Below, piece by piece: positions 10,347-20,499 of a stretch of DNA of 64,000 nucleotides. Position 1 is the stretch's first letter; every line of letters starts with the position of its first letter. Below the pieces are notes generated by a model, which saw only the letters and a list, made by a program, of their open reading frames with translations, had not been told where the DNA came from and did no database searches. The stretch covers positions 1 to 64,000 of IMG/VR virus record IMGVR_UViG_3300042453_004661; one strand, written 5' to 3'. This DNA is from a virus. Made by a program: the position numbers and the translations under genes.

Positions 10347-11735
10347 ATGTTACCTAAGAATTTCACCATGATGTCGGCCCAAACAGGAAAAGATCATGAC
10401 CATCAGGCTCATGCTGGCCTTATGGCTGATATACATGCTTTAGGCTTAAAACATAAAGTTACTGAAATCAATGGAAAGTATGGATACCCAGAAAAGTCTT
10501 TGATGATAGAGCATAAGGGTCGTCCTCAAGACATTTCTGCATTAGACAATCTTGCCAGAAAATACAAGCAAGAGTCTGTTCTTCATTCTTCATGGGAACA
10601 AGGATCTAATGGCAAAGGCTCCCATAAGAATGAATTACGCTATACAGATGGCCGTCCTTCTGTATTTGGTAAAGGCTACAGAGTCAATCCAGAGGCTGAT
10701 GACTACTATAGTGACCACCCCAAGTTTGGTCGTATTCAAATGCATTTAGACTTTGACTCAAAAGAAGCTACAAAAGCAATTACTAGCCAGGGAAATTTGT
10801 CTATTCAAACTGCAGCCCCGGGCCCGGAAGTTCGCCCTGCCCCGCCAGCAATAGCGAAACCAGAAAAAACAGACAACCCTCCTAGGAAAAAGTTCAAAAA
10901 AGTTCCAGCAAATGCGCCGGAGACATCTCCTGAATCAAATGAGTCCCCAGCAAAGCCAGTAAAAGATCTTAACAAGACTATTCTCCATCAAGATGGCGAA
11001 ACCATGATTGACACTAAGTCTCAAGGGATAGCTATTTCTGCCTTGCCAAAATCAATGATTGCATGGGGAGTGACGCATATGGTCCCCATGAAATTAAATG
11101 AAGTAAAAGACTTGTCTATTGGGGATGCTCGTATTAAAATAGTTAAGAAGAGCCCGGATTTATATGCGGGATGGATTGAAAAAGAAGCCAATATTGGACA
11201 TAAGTTTGAGCGCCTTACCCTTCCACAGCTACTCATCCATCTTCAGAGCGCTCTTGAGACTTATGGCAGAGAAGATCAAGTTTTTGCAGTCCCTAGCAAA
11301 ACCGAGTCAGATTCTATTGAAGAAAAAATTCAACCAAAACTTCAAAAAAAGAACCTGACCGAAATAGGCAAAGCCATCTCTGATGCAATTGATGAAACAC
11401 CTGAATCTTCTGAGGCAGATCGTCAGGCTAAGATCTTAGAAAAGCTTGAAACTCTTAGGGCAAAGATACAGTCTGAAATTATCCCTTCTAAAGACCTTGC
11501 ACAAGGAATAGATGAGCCAGAAGAGTTTTGCTCTGCATGCGAAGCCGAAGCCGAAGAATGTTCATGCTACGAAGGATTAAGCGCACCAAGGCTAGAATTT
11601 GATGGCAAAAAGATCAAAATTTTCTTTAAGTCAGACTGGAGCCCCGAAGACAAAGACAATTTTAAGGATGACTTAAAGAAAAGAGCTGGTATAATCCTTA
11701 AGAAGAGGGAAGGCGCCAGGAAGACAAGAAAATGA
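10347..11735 (+). CDS. Multi-domain protein with an N-terminal SAM-lyase/DUF3293-like domain
   Basis: GKYGYPEKSLMI...LARKYKQESVLH in the first ~135 aa. A CxxCx6CxC motif lies near the C-terminus. Confidence 0.55.
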   Translation: MLPKNFTMMSAQTGKDHDHQAHAGLMADIHALGLKHKVTEINGKYGYPEKSLMIEHKGRPQDISALDNLARKYKQESVLHSSWEQGSNGKGSHKNELRYTDGRPSVFGKGYRVNPEADDYYSDHPKFGRIQMHLDFDSKEATKAITSQGNLSIQTAAPGPEVRPAPPAIAKPEKTDNPPRKKFKKVPANAPETSPESNESPAKPVKDLNKTILHQDGETMIDTKSQGIAISALPKSMIAWGVTHMVPMKLNEVKDLSIGDARIKIVKKSPDLYAGWIEKEANIGHKFERLTLPQLLIHLQSALETYGREDQVFAVPSKTESDSIEEKIQPKLQKKNLTEIGKAISDAIDETPESSEADRQAKILEKLETLRAKIQSEIIPSKDLAQGIDEPEEFCSACEAEAEECSCYEGLSAPRLEFDGKKIKIFFKSDWSPEDKDNFKDDLKKRAGIILKKREGARKTRK

Positions 11736-12919
11736 AAAAACCATTAAATCCAGTAGAAGTGCTTCGGGAGTTGCTCGGTAGAGTACAGGCCCGAAGGGCT
11801 CTTGAACAAGATCCAGAAACCCAAGAATCAATCGACCAAGTCCATGCGGCTGGCGGTGAAATGATGCCCGACTATAAGGGTAAAAGCGTATACATTTCAT
11901 TTGATGGCGATAATATTGGGAATGCAGTCGCTCGAGCCGAGAATATGGACGATGAGCAAACCCTTGCCCAGGTATCGCAAAAGATTCAGGCAGGGCAAGA
12001 TCTGTTTGTTAATTTTCTCACCCAACATCAGGGCAGGCTGATTCAGGCAGGGGGAGATGAAGGATTAGGAATTTGTAACTCAAACTGCCTTGTAGACCTT
12101 GAAGAATTCAGACAACAATACAAGGAATTAGTTGGAGCTACAGTTACCGTAGGGGTAGGCACAAAAATATCAGAAGCTACCAAGGCCAGGATGCTAGGCA
12201 AGCTTCGTGGAAAAGATCAAGTTTGCCATTTTGACGGATCAACAGAAAAAGAAATTGAGCTTAGAAGCCAAACAGAAGACCCAGAAGCCAAGAAGCTTGG
12301 CCAGGCTGGTCTGATTGGCGGTGTGCCTAAATTTGGGATTGATCAAGATCAGTCACAAGATCAGGACTGGCAACAAGACTATGACGCACCAGAGCAAGAA
12401 GAGTCGTCAGGCATTTCCGATCATGCAAGTCGATTTGGCGAAGCAGAAGACCCAGGCGTAGAAGACGAATACGATATGCCTTCAGGGCAAGAGCCAGAGG
12501 CCGAACAGCAGGCTCCTGACTCCCAAGATGAATTTGAAGACCCATGGGACCAGGCCAAGCATGAGCGAGAAGGCAGTAAGCCCCAATCCAAAGAAAGAAG
12601 GATTGTAGATAAAGAAACTGGAAGAGAATTTGTTCTTCATGGTCTAGACCACGGAGAGTCAGAAGAAGATTTCCAGCCAGAAATGCAACAGCCGGAGGAA
12701 GAAGAGCAAGAGCCTCAACAGGCCCAAGAGTCAGAAGAGCCCCAGCAAGAAGAGCAAGAGCTTTCTGATGAAGAAAAAGGATATGGGGACTACACTGATC
12801 TTCCTTTTGAAGAGCGTGATGATTTACAAAATCGATTGATTGCAGAAAAAATCGCCAAAGAAGAGGGTGTTAATCCAAATTTTCTTTATCTCGCCTCTAA
12901 AAAATTATCGAGGGATTAA
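11732..12919 (+). CDS. mCpol (minimal CRISPR polymerase)/GGDEF-like nucleotide cyclase with an acidic tail
   Basis: YISFDGDNIG...IQAGGDEG...VTVGVG...ARMLGKLRGKDQV. Confidence 0.75.
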   Translation: MKKPLNPVEVLRELLGRVQARRALEQDPETQESIDQVHAAGGEMMPDYKGKSVYISFDGDNIGNAVARAENMDDEQTLAQVSQKIQAGQDLFVNFLTQHQGRLIQAGGDEGLGICNSNCLVDLEEFRQQYKELVGATVTVGVGTKISEATKARMLGKLRGKDQVCHFDGSTEKEIELRSQTEDPEAKKLGQAGLIGGVPKFGIDQDQSQDQDWQQDYDAPEQEESSGISDHASRFGEAEDPGVEDEYDMPSGQEPEAEQQAPDSQDEFEDPWDQAKHEREGSKPQSKERRIVDKETGREFVLHGLDHGESEEDFQPEMQQPEEEEQEPQQAQESEEPQQEEQELSDEEKGYGDYTDLPFEERDDLQNRLIAEKIAKEEGVNPNFLYLASKKLSRD

Positions 12920-15427
12920 ATGGACTTTCGGGAGGCTGTTCGCAGACATCATGAGCATCTTAAAGATCCCACTAAAGAAAGTGGCAATGAATCTGCAGAA
13001 AATTTCATCAATATCCTACAAAGAGCAGAAGATCGCACACACCATGCATCCTCTCTTAGCTGGCTAAACGATCTTTTTCAAGATGGTCATCTATCTCAAG
13101 ATCAGCAAGATAGGATCATTAACCTTAAGCATATTCCTAAGACCAATCAATCCTCACAGCTCGTAGACGGCATAATGGAAAATATGCCTGATGAAAAAAG
13201 AAAACAAATACTTAACGACAAGTTAGGAATTACGGGCGGTAAAAAGATTCGTGATGTAGAAAAAGATCACGACTGGAATAACTGGGAATCCCCTCCAACA
13301 GGTGATGAATCCGATCCCTACGCAAGATTTTATAAAGGCATTGATTGGGAATCGTCAAAGCATCTTACGGATGATCAGGCCGAGCATATCAAGAGACATG
13401 GAAGCGTTGAGCAAAAGCTAAATCTATTTTCAAATCCACATATAGATCCAAGACATGGAATTGAAATGTGGAATAAATGGAGCGACAACGATACTCACCA
13501 CGGATACCATAGGCATCATTTATCAGATTATTTGATGCGCCATCAGGAAGATAACATAGAGGATGACATAGAAGATAGGGCTTATACAATAGCTCAAAAT
13601 CGTCTTCCAATTGATAAGTGGGCCAAAGAGACTTTGGCAAAAAATGGCTTAAAATATTTTAGACATAAAGATGAGCTTTTAAATCATATCAATGACAATC
13701 TAGACCTTTACGATACTGTAGGCCCAAATCCTGGATTCAATAAAGATGCCCCCGTAGACCCGGCTAATAATCCAGAAACAATAGATTACGCAGACCCCAA
13801 CAATCCTCAATCCAAGACTATTAACGATCACCCAAATCTTCCCCAGCTTCTCCAGCAGGCCGATAATCAGCTCATCAACACAAAAGGCTATCCTAGCGTC
13901 ATAGGGCAAAGAAGTGAAGGAATCCCAAAACTTCATGAGGGCGAATGGCATCATGATGCCGTAAGGGAAATGTCAAAAAATATTGCCGAAGACCTCCGTG
14001 AAGAAGCCATTTCTTCAGCTTATAAAAATGAAGACTATCTTCCAAAGCATCTCAGGGGCAAGATCTCTTCAATTAAAAATGAATTAACATCAAAATCTCA
14101 AATAGATACAAAAAACGCATTTGCCAACAACGGCTTAGATATTTCTAAATTTTCTTCAGATCATGAATACGCCCCTGGCTTGTACCATCTAAACATGCTC
14201 AAGGACCATACTGAAAATAATAAAGGCAAAATAGATCTAGGATCTATGGTCAAAAAATATCCGGACATGAAAGATGCCCTAAAGAGTGCATTCGGAGACA
14301 AGCAGTCATTGTCCTCAAAAGATATTGATTCAAAAATAAAATCTTTGCCAAAAACAAAATATTCAATTTCTGCAAGGAGCTGGGAGCCACAAAATCCTCA
14401 AAATCTTAACAGAAGAAATCAGCTTGTTTTAAGGCTAGAGCATACTCCCGAATCCATGGCCCAAATCAAATCAGATCCATCACTAGAAAATATATTCAAT
14501 AAGGTGCATAAGTCGTCAAAAGCTTCAGATCATCCTGTAGGGACAAACACGATAGGATGGGCAAGAATAGATACTTCCGACCCTTCTCATTGGGTAATAG
14601 ATGAGACTCAATCTGATTTTAGCGAATCATTGATTAGAACAATATCTGAAAATGAATACAATCCATCAAAGAGGCAGTCTATAGTAGATGGGATTCAAAA
14701 AATTAGAGACATTCATGGAAACTGGCAAGAAAATCTAATGAGCCATATTGTTGATTTGGCTAAAAAGCATGGGGTTGAAAAGCTTTCTATTCATACCCCG
14801 GAATCAAAAGCAAGTCAGCTTGGCGCCAGCAGAATCCATAGTGCGTATAGGGAAAACTATCAGAAAACCCCCAAGAGCATGGGATTCTCAAAAACAGAAG
14901 GCCTATCTTTGCCATTGACCGACCTTGGGAGAATAGCTTTTACTAAAAAAATCCCATACGATGATAAAGTAAGACAAGATACTCATTATTTTGCTATGGG
15001 CCATCATAGACAGCGATACCATGTACATAAAGCAATTGCAGATAGGATTAGATCAGAAAGCCCTGAAATTGCTGCCGAACACGATGAGACCGCAAAAAAG
15101 CATAAGATGCTTTTTTTCTCGCACCGAAGAAAAGGCCTACGAGTAAAGGCTCCGATTTTTATTGATAACCCACCAAACGATCTCAACGATAGAAGAAGAA
15201 GCGTATCATTTCATGAGCCTCCTCTTAACATGGAAGGGTTGTTAGCGTCAAAAAAAGATTTAAAAGAAGAACCTTCTGGTTTTGTAGGATATCATTCAGA
15301 CTCTATTGTTGATGGAAGCATGAAGCCCGAGTCTTTGCCAGCCCACACCCTAGAGATTGGGCAAAAAATGAAGAAATCAGTAAGGCTAGGGAAAATTCTA
15401 GCTCGTAAAATTATGGAGGCATTATGA
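12920..15427 (+). CDS. Large His-rich protein with a DETQSD motif domain, candidate internal virion/polyvalent protein
   Basis: IGWARID...WVIDETQSDF, with MKKS near the C-terminus. Confidence 0.45.
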   Translation: MDFREAVRRHHEHLKDPTKESGNESAENFINILQRAEDRTHHASSLSWLNDLFQDGHLSQDQQDRIINLKHIPKTNQSSQLVDGIMENMPDEKRKQILNDKLGITGGKKIRDVEKDHDWNNWESPPTGDESDPYARFYKGIDWESSKHLTDDQAEHIKRHGSVEQKLNLFSNPHIDPRHGIEMWNKWSDNDTHHGYHRHHLSDYLMRHQEDNIEDDIEDRAYTIAQNRLPIDKWAKETLAKNGLKYFRHKDELLNHINDNLDLYDTVGPNPGFNKDAPVDPANNPETIDYADPNNPQSKTINDHPNLPQLLQQADNQLINTKGYPSVIGQRSEGIPKLHEGEWHHDAVREMSKNIAEDLREEAISSAYKNEDYLPKHLRGKISSIKNELTSKSQIDTKNAFANNGLDISKFSSDHEYAPGLYHLNMLKDHTENNKGKIDLGSMVKKYPDMKDALKSAFGDKQSLSSKDIDSKIKSLPKTKYSISARSWEPQNPQNLNRRNQLVLRLEHTPESMAQIKSDPSLENIFNKVHKSSKASDHPVGTNTIGWARIDTSDPSHWVIDETQSDFSESLIRTISENEYNPSKRQSIVDGIQKIRDIHGNWQENLMSHIVDLAKKHGVEKLSIHTPESKASQLGASRIHSAYRENYQKTPKSMGFSKTEGLSLPLTDLGRIAFTKKIPYDDKVRQDTHYFAMGHHRQRYHVHKAIADRIRSESPEIAAEHDETAKKHKMLFFSHRRKGLRVKAPIFIDNPPNDLNDRRRSVSFHEPPLNMEGLLASKKDLKEEPSGFVGYHSDSIVDGSMKPESLPAHTLEIGQKMKKSVRLGKILARKIMEAL

Positions 15428-15648
15428 GAATTGGAAGATTAGAAATCGGAATTAGCAGAAAGCCAAGAACCAAAGCCATTGCATGGAGCCTAGATGTTTC
15501 ACTTACCAGGCCATCCTGCGGGTGCATCATGCTCGAGCTTGGGCCTATTCATATTACCTGGCTTTCTAGCGGTGAAAATGGATGCTATTCTTTTTCAATT
15601 TTTCACATTAAGAGAAAGAAGAAAGCCAAGAAGGGTAAGAAAAAATGA
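15424..15648 (+). CDS. Hypothetical protein
   Basis: SD ggagg; ATGA overlaps on both sides. Confidence 0.55.
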   Translation: MRIGRLEIGISRKPRTKAIAWSLDVSLTRPSCGCIMLELGPIHITWLSSGENGCYSFSIFHIKRKKKAKKGKKK

Positions 15649-16133
15649 AAAGCTTAAAAGGACAGCTTTTGTCGGATTTAACCCAGGTTGCTCATGATCT
15701 ATTTAAAAGCATCGATGAAAAAGGATGCGAATGCTCTCATTCTCAGGGCGATCTTCCGGATGATGAATACGAAGTATCTCTCTGGGATGATGGAACAGTA
15801 GAGGTCCTCCAATCTGACGATGAGGATCTCGATACCGCTCCTGTGTTCGAGGCTCTTTCTGATATGGGCTTTGAAGAAGATGAAGACGAGCCTCTCGAGA
15901 AGTTTAATTTCAAGTCTAAACATAAATCTAAAAAAGGTGGGCTAACAGAGGCTGGCCGTAAGGCATATAACAAGGCTACTGGCAGTAACCTTAAGCGCCC
16001 CCAGCCAGAAGGTGGGAAGCGTAAAAAGTCATTTTGCGCCAGGTCTGCTGGACAGATGAAGATGCATGGCATCAACTGTTCTAAGACCCCAGACAAAAGG
16101 GTATGCTTGGCTCGTCGTAGGTGGAAGTGCTAA
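15645..16133 (+). CDS. Acidic N-terminal region plus a DUF6321-like basic C-terminal domain
   Basis: GGLTEAGRKAYN...NLKRP...RKKSFCAR...RRWKC, preceded by PLEKF. Confidence 0.65.
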   Translation: MKSLKGQLLSDLTQVAHDLFKSIDEKGCECSHSQGDLPDDEYEVSLWDDGTVEVLQSDDEDLDTAPVFEALSDMGFEEDEDEPLEKFNFKSKHKSKKGGLTEAGRKAYNKATGSNLKRPQPEGGKRKKSFCARSAGQMKMHGINCSKTPDKRVCLARRRWKC

Positions 16134-16925
16134 ATGAAATTTGTTGTGGGCGTAGATCGCACCCTGGCCATGGCTATTGCGGAAGCTGCAAATCAGATCA
16201 ATGAACAGACCCAGGCTGCCGTCAATGAGATAGTGGCCCAGACTGCTATTGATGCTTTTGAGCAAGCAAAAGTCTACGCCATGAGCCGACTAGACACGAC
16301 AGCGAGGCAATATACGGATGCTCTCGAGTTTTCTCAAGTTGCTCCAGGTATTTTTTCGGTGGGCCTCCGGGAAGAAGCCAAGCATCTAGAGGAAGGCTAC
16401 GGCGGTTTTGATATGAAGCCTGGCCTGCTCAAAAATGCCAAGAAAGTATCCAAGTTAGGATTTAGGTACAGGTCTATCCCAATGGAGCAAAAAGGCAAGG
16501 GTAAACCTGGCACTACTCGAGGCGACATGCTTAGGGATTTAAGGACTTTGAGAAAAGCATTTGGTGATAAAGGAATTACCAAAAATGCATCGGGTAAGGC
16601 AATTTTGGGCAAGGCACTTACATTTAACAGGAACTCACTTGGAAGATGGTCAGCATCGGGGGCTGGGGCAGGCGCTCTGCCAAAGCAAGAGCTAGGCCAA
16701 ATGCCTATCCATGAAAATCTATCTGGAGTAGTTAAGTATCAATTCCAGTACAAAAGCGGAAAAGTCGGAAGTCAATTTGTTGTCTTTAGGACTGTATCTG
16801 AAAATCCAAACGCCAAAGGTAAATGGAAGCATCCAGGATTCGGCGGGATTAGGGCCTTTAATGATCTTGAAAACTGGGTAATTAGACAGCTAGAAACCAA
16901 GCTTAGAGAGCTTTTTGGCCAGTAG
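16134..16925 (+). CDS. Putative neck/tail-completion protein
   Basis: GFDMKPGLL and FRTVSE...WKHPG, as in large-myovirus neck proteins; genomic position. Confidence 0.55.
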   Translation: MKFVVGVDRTLAMAIAEAANQINEQTQAAVNEIVAQTAIDAFEQAKVYAMSRLDTTARQYTDALEFSQVAPGIFSVGLREEAKHLEEGYGGFDMKPGLLKNAKKVSKLGFRYRSIPMEQKGKGKPGTTRGDMLRDLRTLRKAFGDKGITKNASGKAILGKALTFNRNSLGRWSASGAGAGALPKQELGQMPIHENLSGVVKYQFQYKSGKVGSQFVVFRTVSENPNAKGKWKHPGFGGIRAFNDLENWVIRQLETKLRELFGQ

Positions 16926-16939
16926 AGTATAATAATCCT

Positions 16940-17857
16940 ATGAGCATACCTCTTTTAGATATTCATATCAAGTACCTAGTAGAGTACACTATAAAGGTCG
17001 TTCGCTCTAATCCGGACAAATATCTAAAAGAAATTTTTGGGGATGCCAGGCTGGCTCCTCATGACAATCTGTACGGAAACAGAATGCTTGATTCGGTCAA
17101 AAAATGGATCGAAACAACTAAAATAAATGTGGTGTTAGGTTATGACTTATCTCAAATGGAGCTTCCGGCTGTCACGGTTAATCTTGCGTCGTCTTCGCCA
17201 TCTTTGCCGTTTTTAGGCGATGTGGGAGACATATTGGAGGAAGAAGTTGTCCAATATGATCAGGAAATAGTAGTGGATGATTTTCAGGCCGAGTCTCTCG
17301 AGTATTCTGAAGACAAGCTTTTTAGATACCTTGAACTGAAAGATAGTATGGACCCAGCCAAGGCCGAGCTGGTACTCCCTGGCCTGCACTTAAAAGACGC
17401 AAAAGATCAGGAATTCCTTATTGGGTTTGATGATTACAAAAATAAGCTAACAGTTTCTGAGCTTTCCATACCAGTTGCAGACATAGACGCATCTACCCTA
17501 AAAGTCGTAAGTCCTTTAAAACAAAGGCGTTATCGTGGTGGGGTCATGCAATTCCAGGATACGGTTTCCGTCACTATCCATACCCATCAAAACAGGAATG
17601 AAGGAACTTATCTTTGGGCTATAGTGATTTGGGGATTACTCAAGTTTAGGCCACTTTTGATTGAGACTTTTGGCTATGATCTTGCCATGCCCAGCTCTTC
17701 TGATTTATCCATAGATCCCAGCTACATGGGAAATGCTGTCTGGGTTCGTCAGGTTACACTTACAGGTAAGACAGTATGGAGCTGGGAAGGTCCTAAGATG
17801 CAGGATATTATCGGTATGCTTTTGACAATAAATGTTGGACGGCGAGAAGATAAATGA
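16940..17857 (+). CDS. Putative tail terminator/completion protein
   Basis: LPAVTVNL motif; lies two genes upstream of the sheath gene. Confidence 0.5.
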   Translation: MSIPLLDIHIKYLVEYTIKVVRSNPDKYLKEIFGDARLAPHDNLYGNRMLDSVKKWIETTKINVVLGYDLSQMELPAVTVNLASSSPSLPFLGDVGDILEEEVVQYDQEIVVDDFQAESLEYSEDKLFRYLELKDSMDPAKAELVLPGLHLKDAKDQEFLIGFDDYKNKLTVSELSIPVADIDASTLKVVSPLKQRRYRGGVMQFQDTVSVTIHTHQNRNEGTYLWAIVIWGLLKFRPLLIETFGYDLAMPSSSDLSIDPSYMGNAVWVRQVTLTGKTVWSWEGPKMQDIIGMLLTINVGRREDK

Positions 17858-17889
17858 GCGTCTACACTAATAATGGGAGAATAAACTGT

Positions 17890-18120
17890 ATGGCAAAGGA
17901 TGTTCAAAAAGACTCCGAAAGTAAAAAAGAGCAAGTAAAAGCCAATAAGGAAAGTAGCTTGCTTAGTTTCAATGTCTGGTTCAGCGATGTAATCAATCGC
18001 CGGAAAGATGTTAAGGCGCATCACATGTCAGCTATCAAGGCTCATTTCAAGTCTATTGGCTTGGGAGAAATAGAGCGTCCTGAAGATTTTAACGAAGGCC
18101 TAAAGCATTACGGGCTATAA
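17890..18120 (+). CDS. Small hypothetical protein upstream of the sheath gene
   Basis: ATG 17890 follows gggag. Confidence 0.55.
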   Translation: MAKDVQKDSESKKEQVKANKESSLLSFNVWFSDVINRRKDVKAHHMSAIKAHFKSIGLGEIERPEDFNEGLKHYGL

Positions 18121-18132
18121 GGGGGAAAACAA

Positions 18133-19920
18133 ATGGCTATTATCGTAAACTTTGCTGGTGCTTCACTTCGTAAGCCCGGTGCATATTCTAGGACCAAAAT
18201 CGCATCCAGCGGTGCGGCTGAAGCCCAGTTGGGTGTTGTCGCCCTTATCGGTGAGGCAGATGAAGGTCCTGCATTTAACGCTTCCGATGTAGAGGCTTCT
18301 GCATACGGCCCAGATCAATTTTCTGATATTCAGAATCAATTTGGATCTGGAGAGCTTGTCGATATGGCTAAGCTTGCTTTGGCTCCTTCTGTAGATCCCC
18401 AGATTGCTGGTGGCGCACAAAAGCTTTATCTCTTGAAGACAAATGTCGGCTCCAAGGCAACTCTCGCCCTTCCTACTAGCTACGGCAGTCTATCTGCTAA
18501 GCTTGCCGGAAAGAATGGAAATAAGATCAGCGCACAAGTTCAAGTTACTGGATCAACCGTCGTGATTACAGTAGCCCGCTCCGATCTCGGAGTATCTGAG
18601 ATTTCTGAGCCACTCGGAAATAAAGTTGTAATGACCCTTCAGTGTACTGATGGCGTAGCTAGCGTTGCGACTGTCACTATCGCTGGCGGAGTATTGACCA
18701 CCTCTGTAACCGGAGGCTCAGCATCTCCTCTTAATATTAAGCTTTCTGACTTCGCCACTATTGGCCAGGTAGTAGAGTACATCAACTCTATCCCCCTCTA
18801 CTCTGCAGCCGTTGGCTCTGCTCCAGGCGCAGTCAATATGCCTACATCTGTTCTTGATTCTAAAACCGCAGTAGATATTCTTGCTGTCGCTAGTTGCAAA
18901 AGAGATCTTCAAGATGTTAAAGACTTTTTCGCTTCCAGCGGTCTAGTAGATTTCTCCCCAACCGCTACTGCCGGATTGCCTACCACCCTCGTCAAGTCTT
19001 TTTTGACTGGTGGAGCTAAAGGATCAACTACTGCTTCTCAAGTTACTGCTGCAATTGATGCTCTTGCAAAAGTTCGTGTGAACTTTATTGTTCCACTCTT
19101 TAGCCAAGACGCTACAGCAGACATTGCTTCAGGACATACCGAGGCAGGATCTACCTACACTATTGCAGGCGCAATCGCAGCTCTTAAGTCCCACTGTGCC
19201 CAGATGAGTACAGTTCGTGGTCGTAAAGAGCGCCAAGGATTTGCTGGTATCAAGGCTTCTTACGACGATGCAAAGCAAGCATCCTCAGATAATGCATTCA
19301 ATCGCCTTCAGTTGGTATTCCAAGAAGTTCAAGTTTTGGCTTCTGACGGATCTACTCCGTTTAAACAGCCTCACGCTCTAGCTGTAATTTCTGCAGCCAT
19401 GAAAGCGGCAGCTGTTGTTGGTCTTCCTAATACCTTTAAGGCTCCTAACATTCTAGCATTCAAGGCTCCTTCTGGAGACTTTGATCCAGAAACCCAAGCA
19501 GATGATGCAATCGATGCAAACCTTTGCTTCGTTGAAAGGGCTCCAGGCGGTGGATTCCGTTTCGTACTCGACAACTCAACCTACGCCCAGACAAAAGATG
19601 CATGGTTCAATGCTCGTCCGTCTGTAATCTATGCAGCAGATACCGCTGCATTGTCTATCCGATTGAACACCGAGACTCTCGTAGGGCTTCGCAATAGCGA
19701 TGTATCTGTAGAGAGCATCAAGAACCTTTTGATTGGTGTAATGGATAGCCTCAGAGCTTCAGGAATCATCGTTCCTGACGCATCCTCTGGCGGTCGTGGA
19801 TTTAAAGATTTGTCCGTTCGAATTGAAGGCAGTATTGTTCGCATTAGCGTAACTCTAATCCTTGTAGAAGGTCTCGAGTTTGTACTCAGCGACATTACCG
19901 TACAACGAGCTTCATCTTAA
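18133..19920 (+). CDS. Contractile tail sheath protein
   Basis: 595 aa; KPGAYS...VALIGEADEGP N-terminus; FLTGGAKG; sheath-like C-terminal domain. Confidence 0.9.
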   Translation: MAIIVNFAGASLRKPGAYSRTKIASSGAAEAQLGVVALIGEADEGPAFNASDVEASAYGPDQFSDIQNQFGSGELVDMAKLALAPSVDPQIAGGAQKLYLLKTNVGSKATLALPTSYGSLSAKLAGKNGNKISAQVQVTGSTVVITVARSDLGVSEISEPLGNKVVMTLQCTDGVASVATVTIAGGVLTTSVTGGSASPLNIKLSDFATIGQVVEYINSIPLYSAAVGSAPGAVNMPTSVLDSKTAVDILAVASCKRDLQDVKDFFASSGLVDFSPTATAGLPTTLVKSFLTGGAKGSTTASQVTAAIDALAKVRVNFIVPLFSQDATADIASGHTEAGSTYTIAGAIAALKSHCAQMSTVRGRKERQGFAGIKASYDDAKQASSDNAFNRLQLVFQEVQVLASDGSTPFKQPHALAVISAAMKAAAVVGLPNTFKAPNILAFKAPSGDFDPETQADDAIDANLCFVERAPGGGFRFVLDNSTYAQTKDAWFNARPSVIYAADTAALSIRLNTETLVGLRNSDVSVESIKNLLIGVMDSLRASGIIVPDASSGGRGFKDLSVRIEGSIVRISVTLILVEGLEFVLSDITVQRASS

Positions 19921-19933
19921 TTGAGAGGTAAAT

Positions 19934-20224
19934 ATGGCTCTAAGTAAACGCACTAAAGAAATCATGTTGATTGCCCTAGTAGACAAGGGCGTTAGAGATG
20001 AGATTGCTGACGCAATTGACGCAAATGTCCCAGTTGCTCTTTCTAAAAAAGCAAAGCAACATCTTGAAATTGCCTTACCTGACCGTAAGGTATATCAAGA
20101 AGTTCTTTCTAAAATAGAAGCAGGCGGTCCTTCTGTTTTGTCCAAAAATGCTAAAGCAGTATTGAACCAGGCCATGCCTGATCGTGAAGCTTTTGCAGAA
20201 ATCGTATCGGCTATAGAGGCTTAA
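19934..20224 (+). CDS. Small protein made of three ~33-aa helical repeats
   Basis: LSKxxKxxLxxAxxDx...IxA occurs three times. Confidence 0.7.
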   Translation: MALSKRTKEIMLIALVDKGVRDEIADAIDANVPVALSKKAKQHLEIALPDRKVYQEVLSKIEAGGPSVLSKNAKAVLNQAMPDREAFAEIVSAIEA

Positions 20225-20225
20225 T

Positions 20226-20444
20226 ATGAAGAAGCAAACCCCAGAACCTATGATGCCCGGTGCTGGAGATCATAATCATAGTAATCCAAAAAGTAAAAAA
20301 CCTACTATGCCACAAAAGATTGACCATGGTATTAAAATACCAGTCAAGGCCCCAAAATCAGATGGCGCTGTAGACCATAAGCCTAAAATGGTTCCAGGAA
20401 TGAGCTACAACAAGCTCAAGAAAATGGAATCTGAAAAAAAGTAA
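20226..20444 (+). CDS. Hypothetical Lys/Pro-rich protein
   Basis: ORF at the end of the operon. Confidence 0.55.
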   Translation: MKKQTPEPMMPGAGDHNHSNPKSKKPTMPQKIDHGIKIPVKAPKSDGAVDHKPKMVPGMSYNKLKKMESEKK

Positions 20445-20464
20445 TCGCATCCACAAAATGCAAC

Positions 20465-20494
20465 AAAAAGCCACTCCAAAAGGGTGGCTTTTTT
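20465..20494 (+). terminator. Rho-independent terminator
   Basis: aaaaagccac-tccaaaagg-gtggcttttt hairpin with a T-tract. Confidence 0.85.
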
Positions 20495-20499
20495 ATTTA

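Noticed and set aside
11732-12919. Type III CRISPR-Cas locus suggested by the Cas10-like palm motif
   Set aside because: No other cas genes or arrays are present, and the domain is only ~120 aa.
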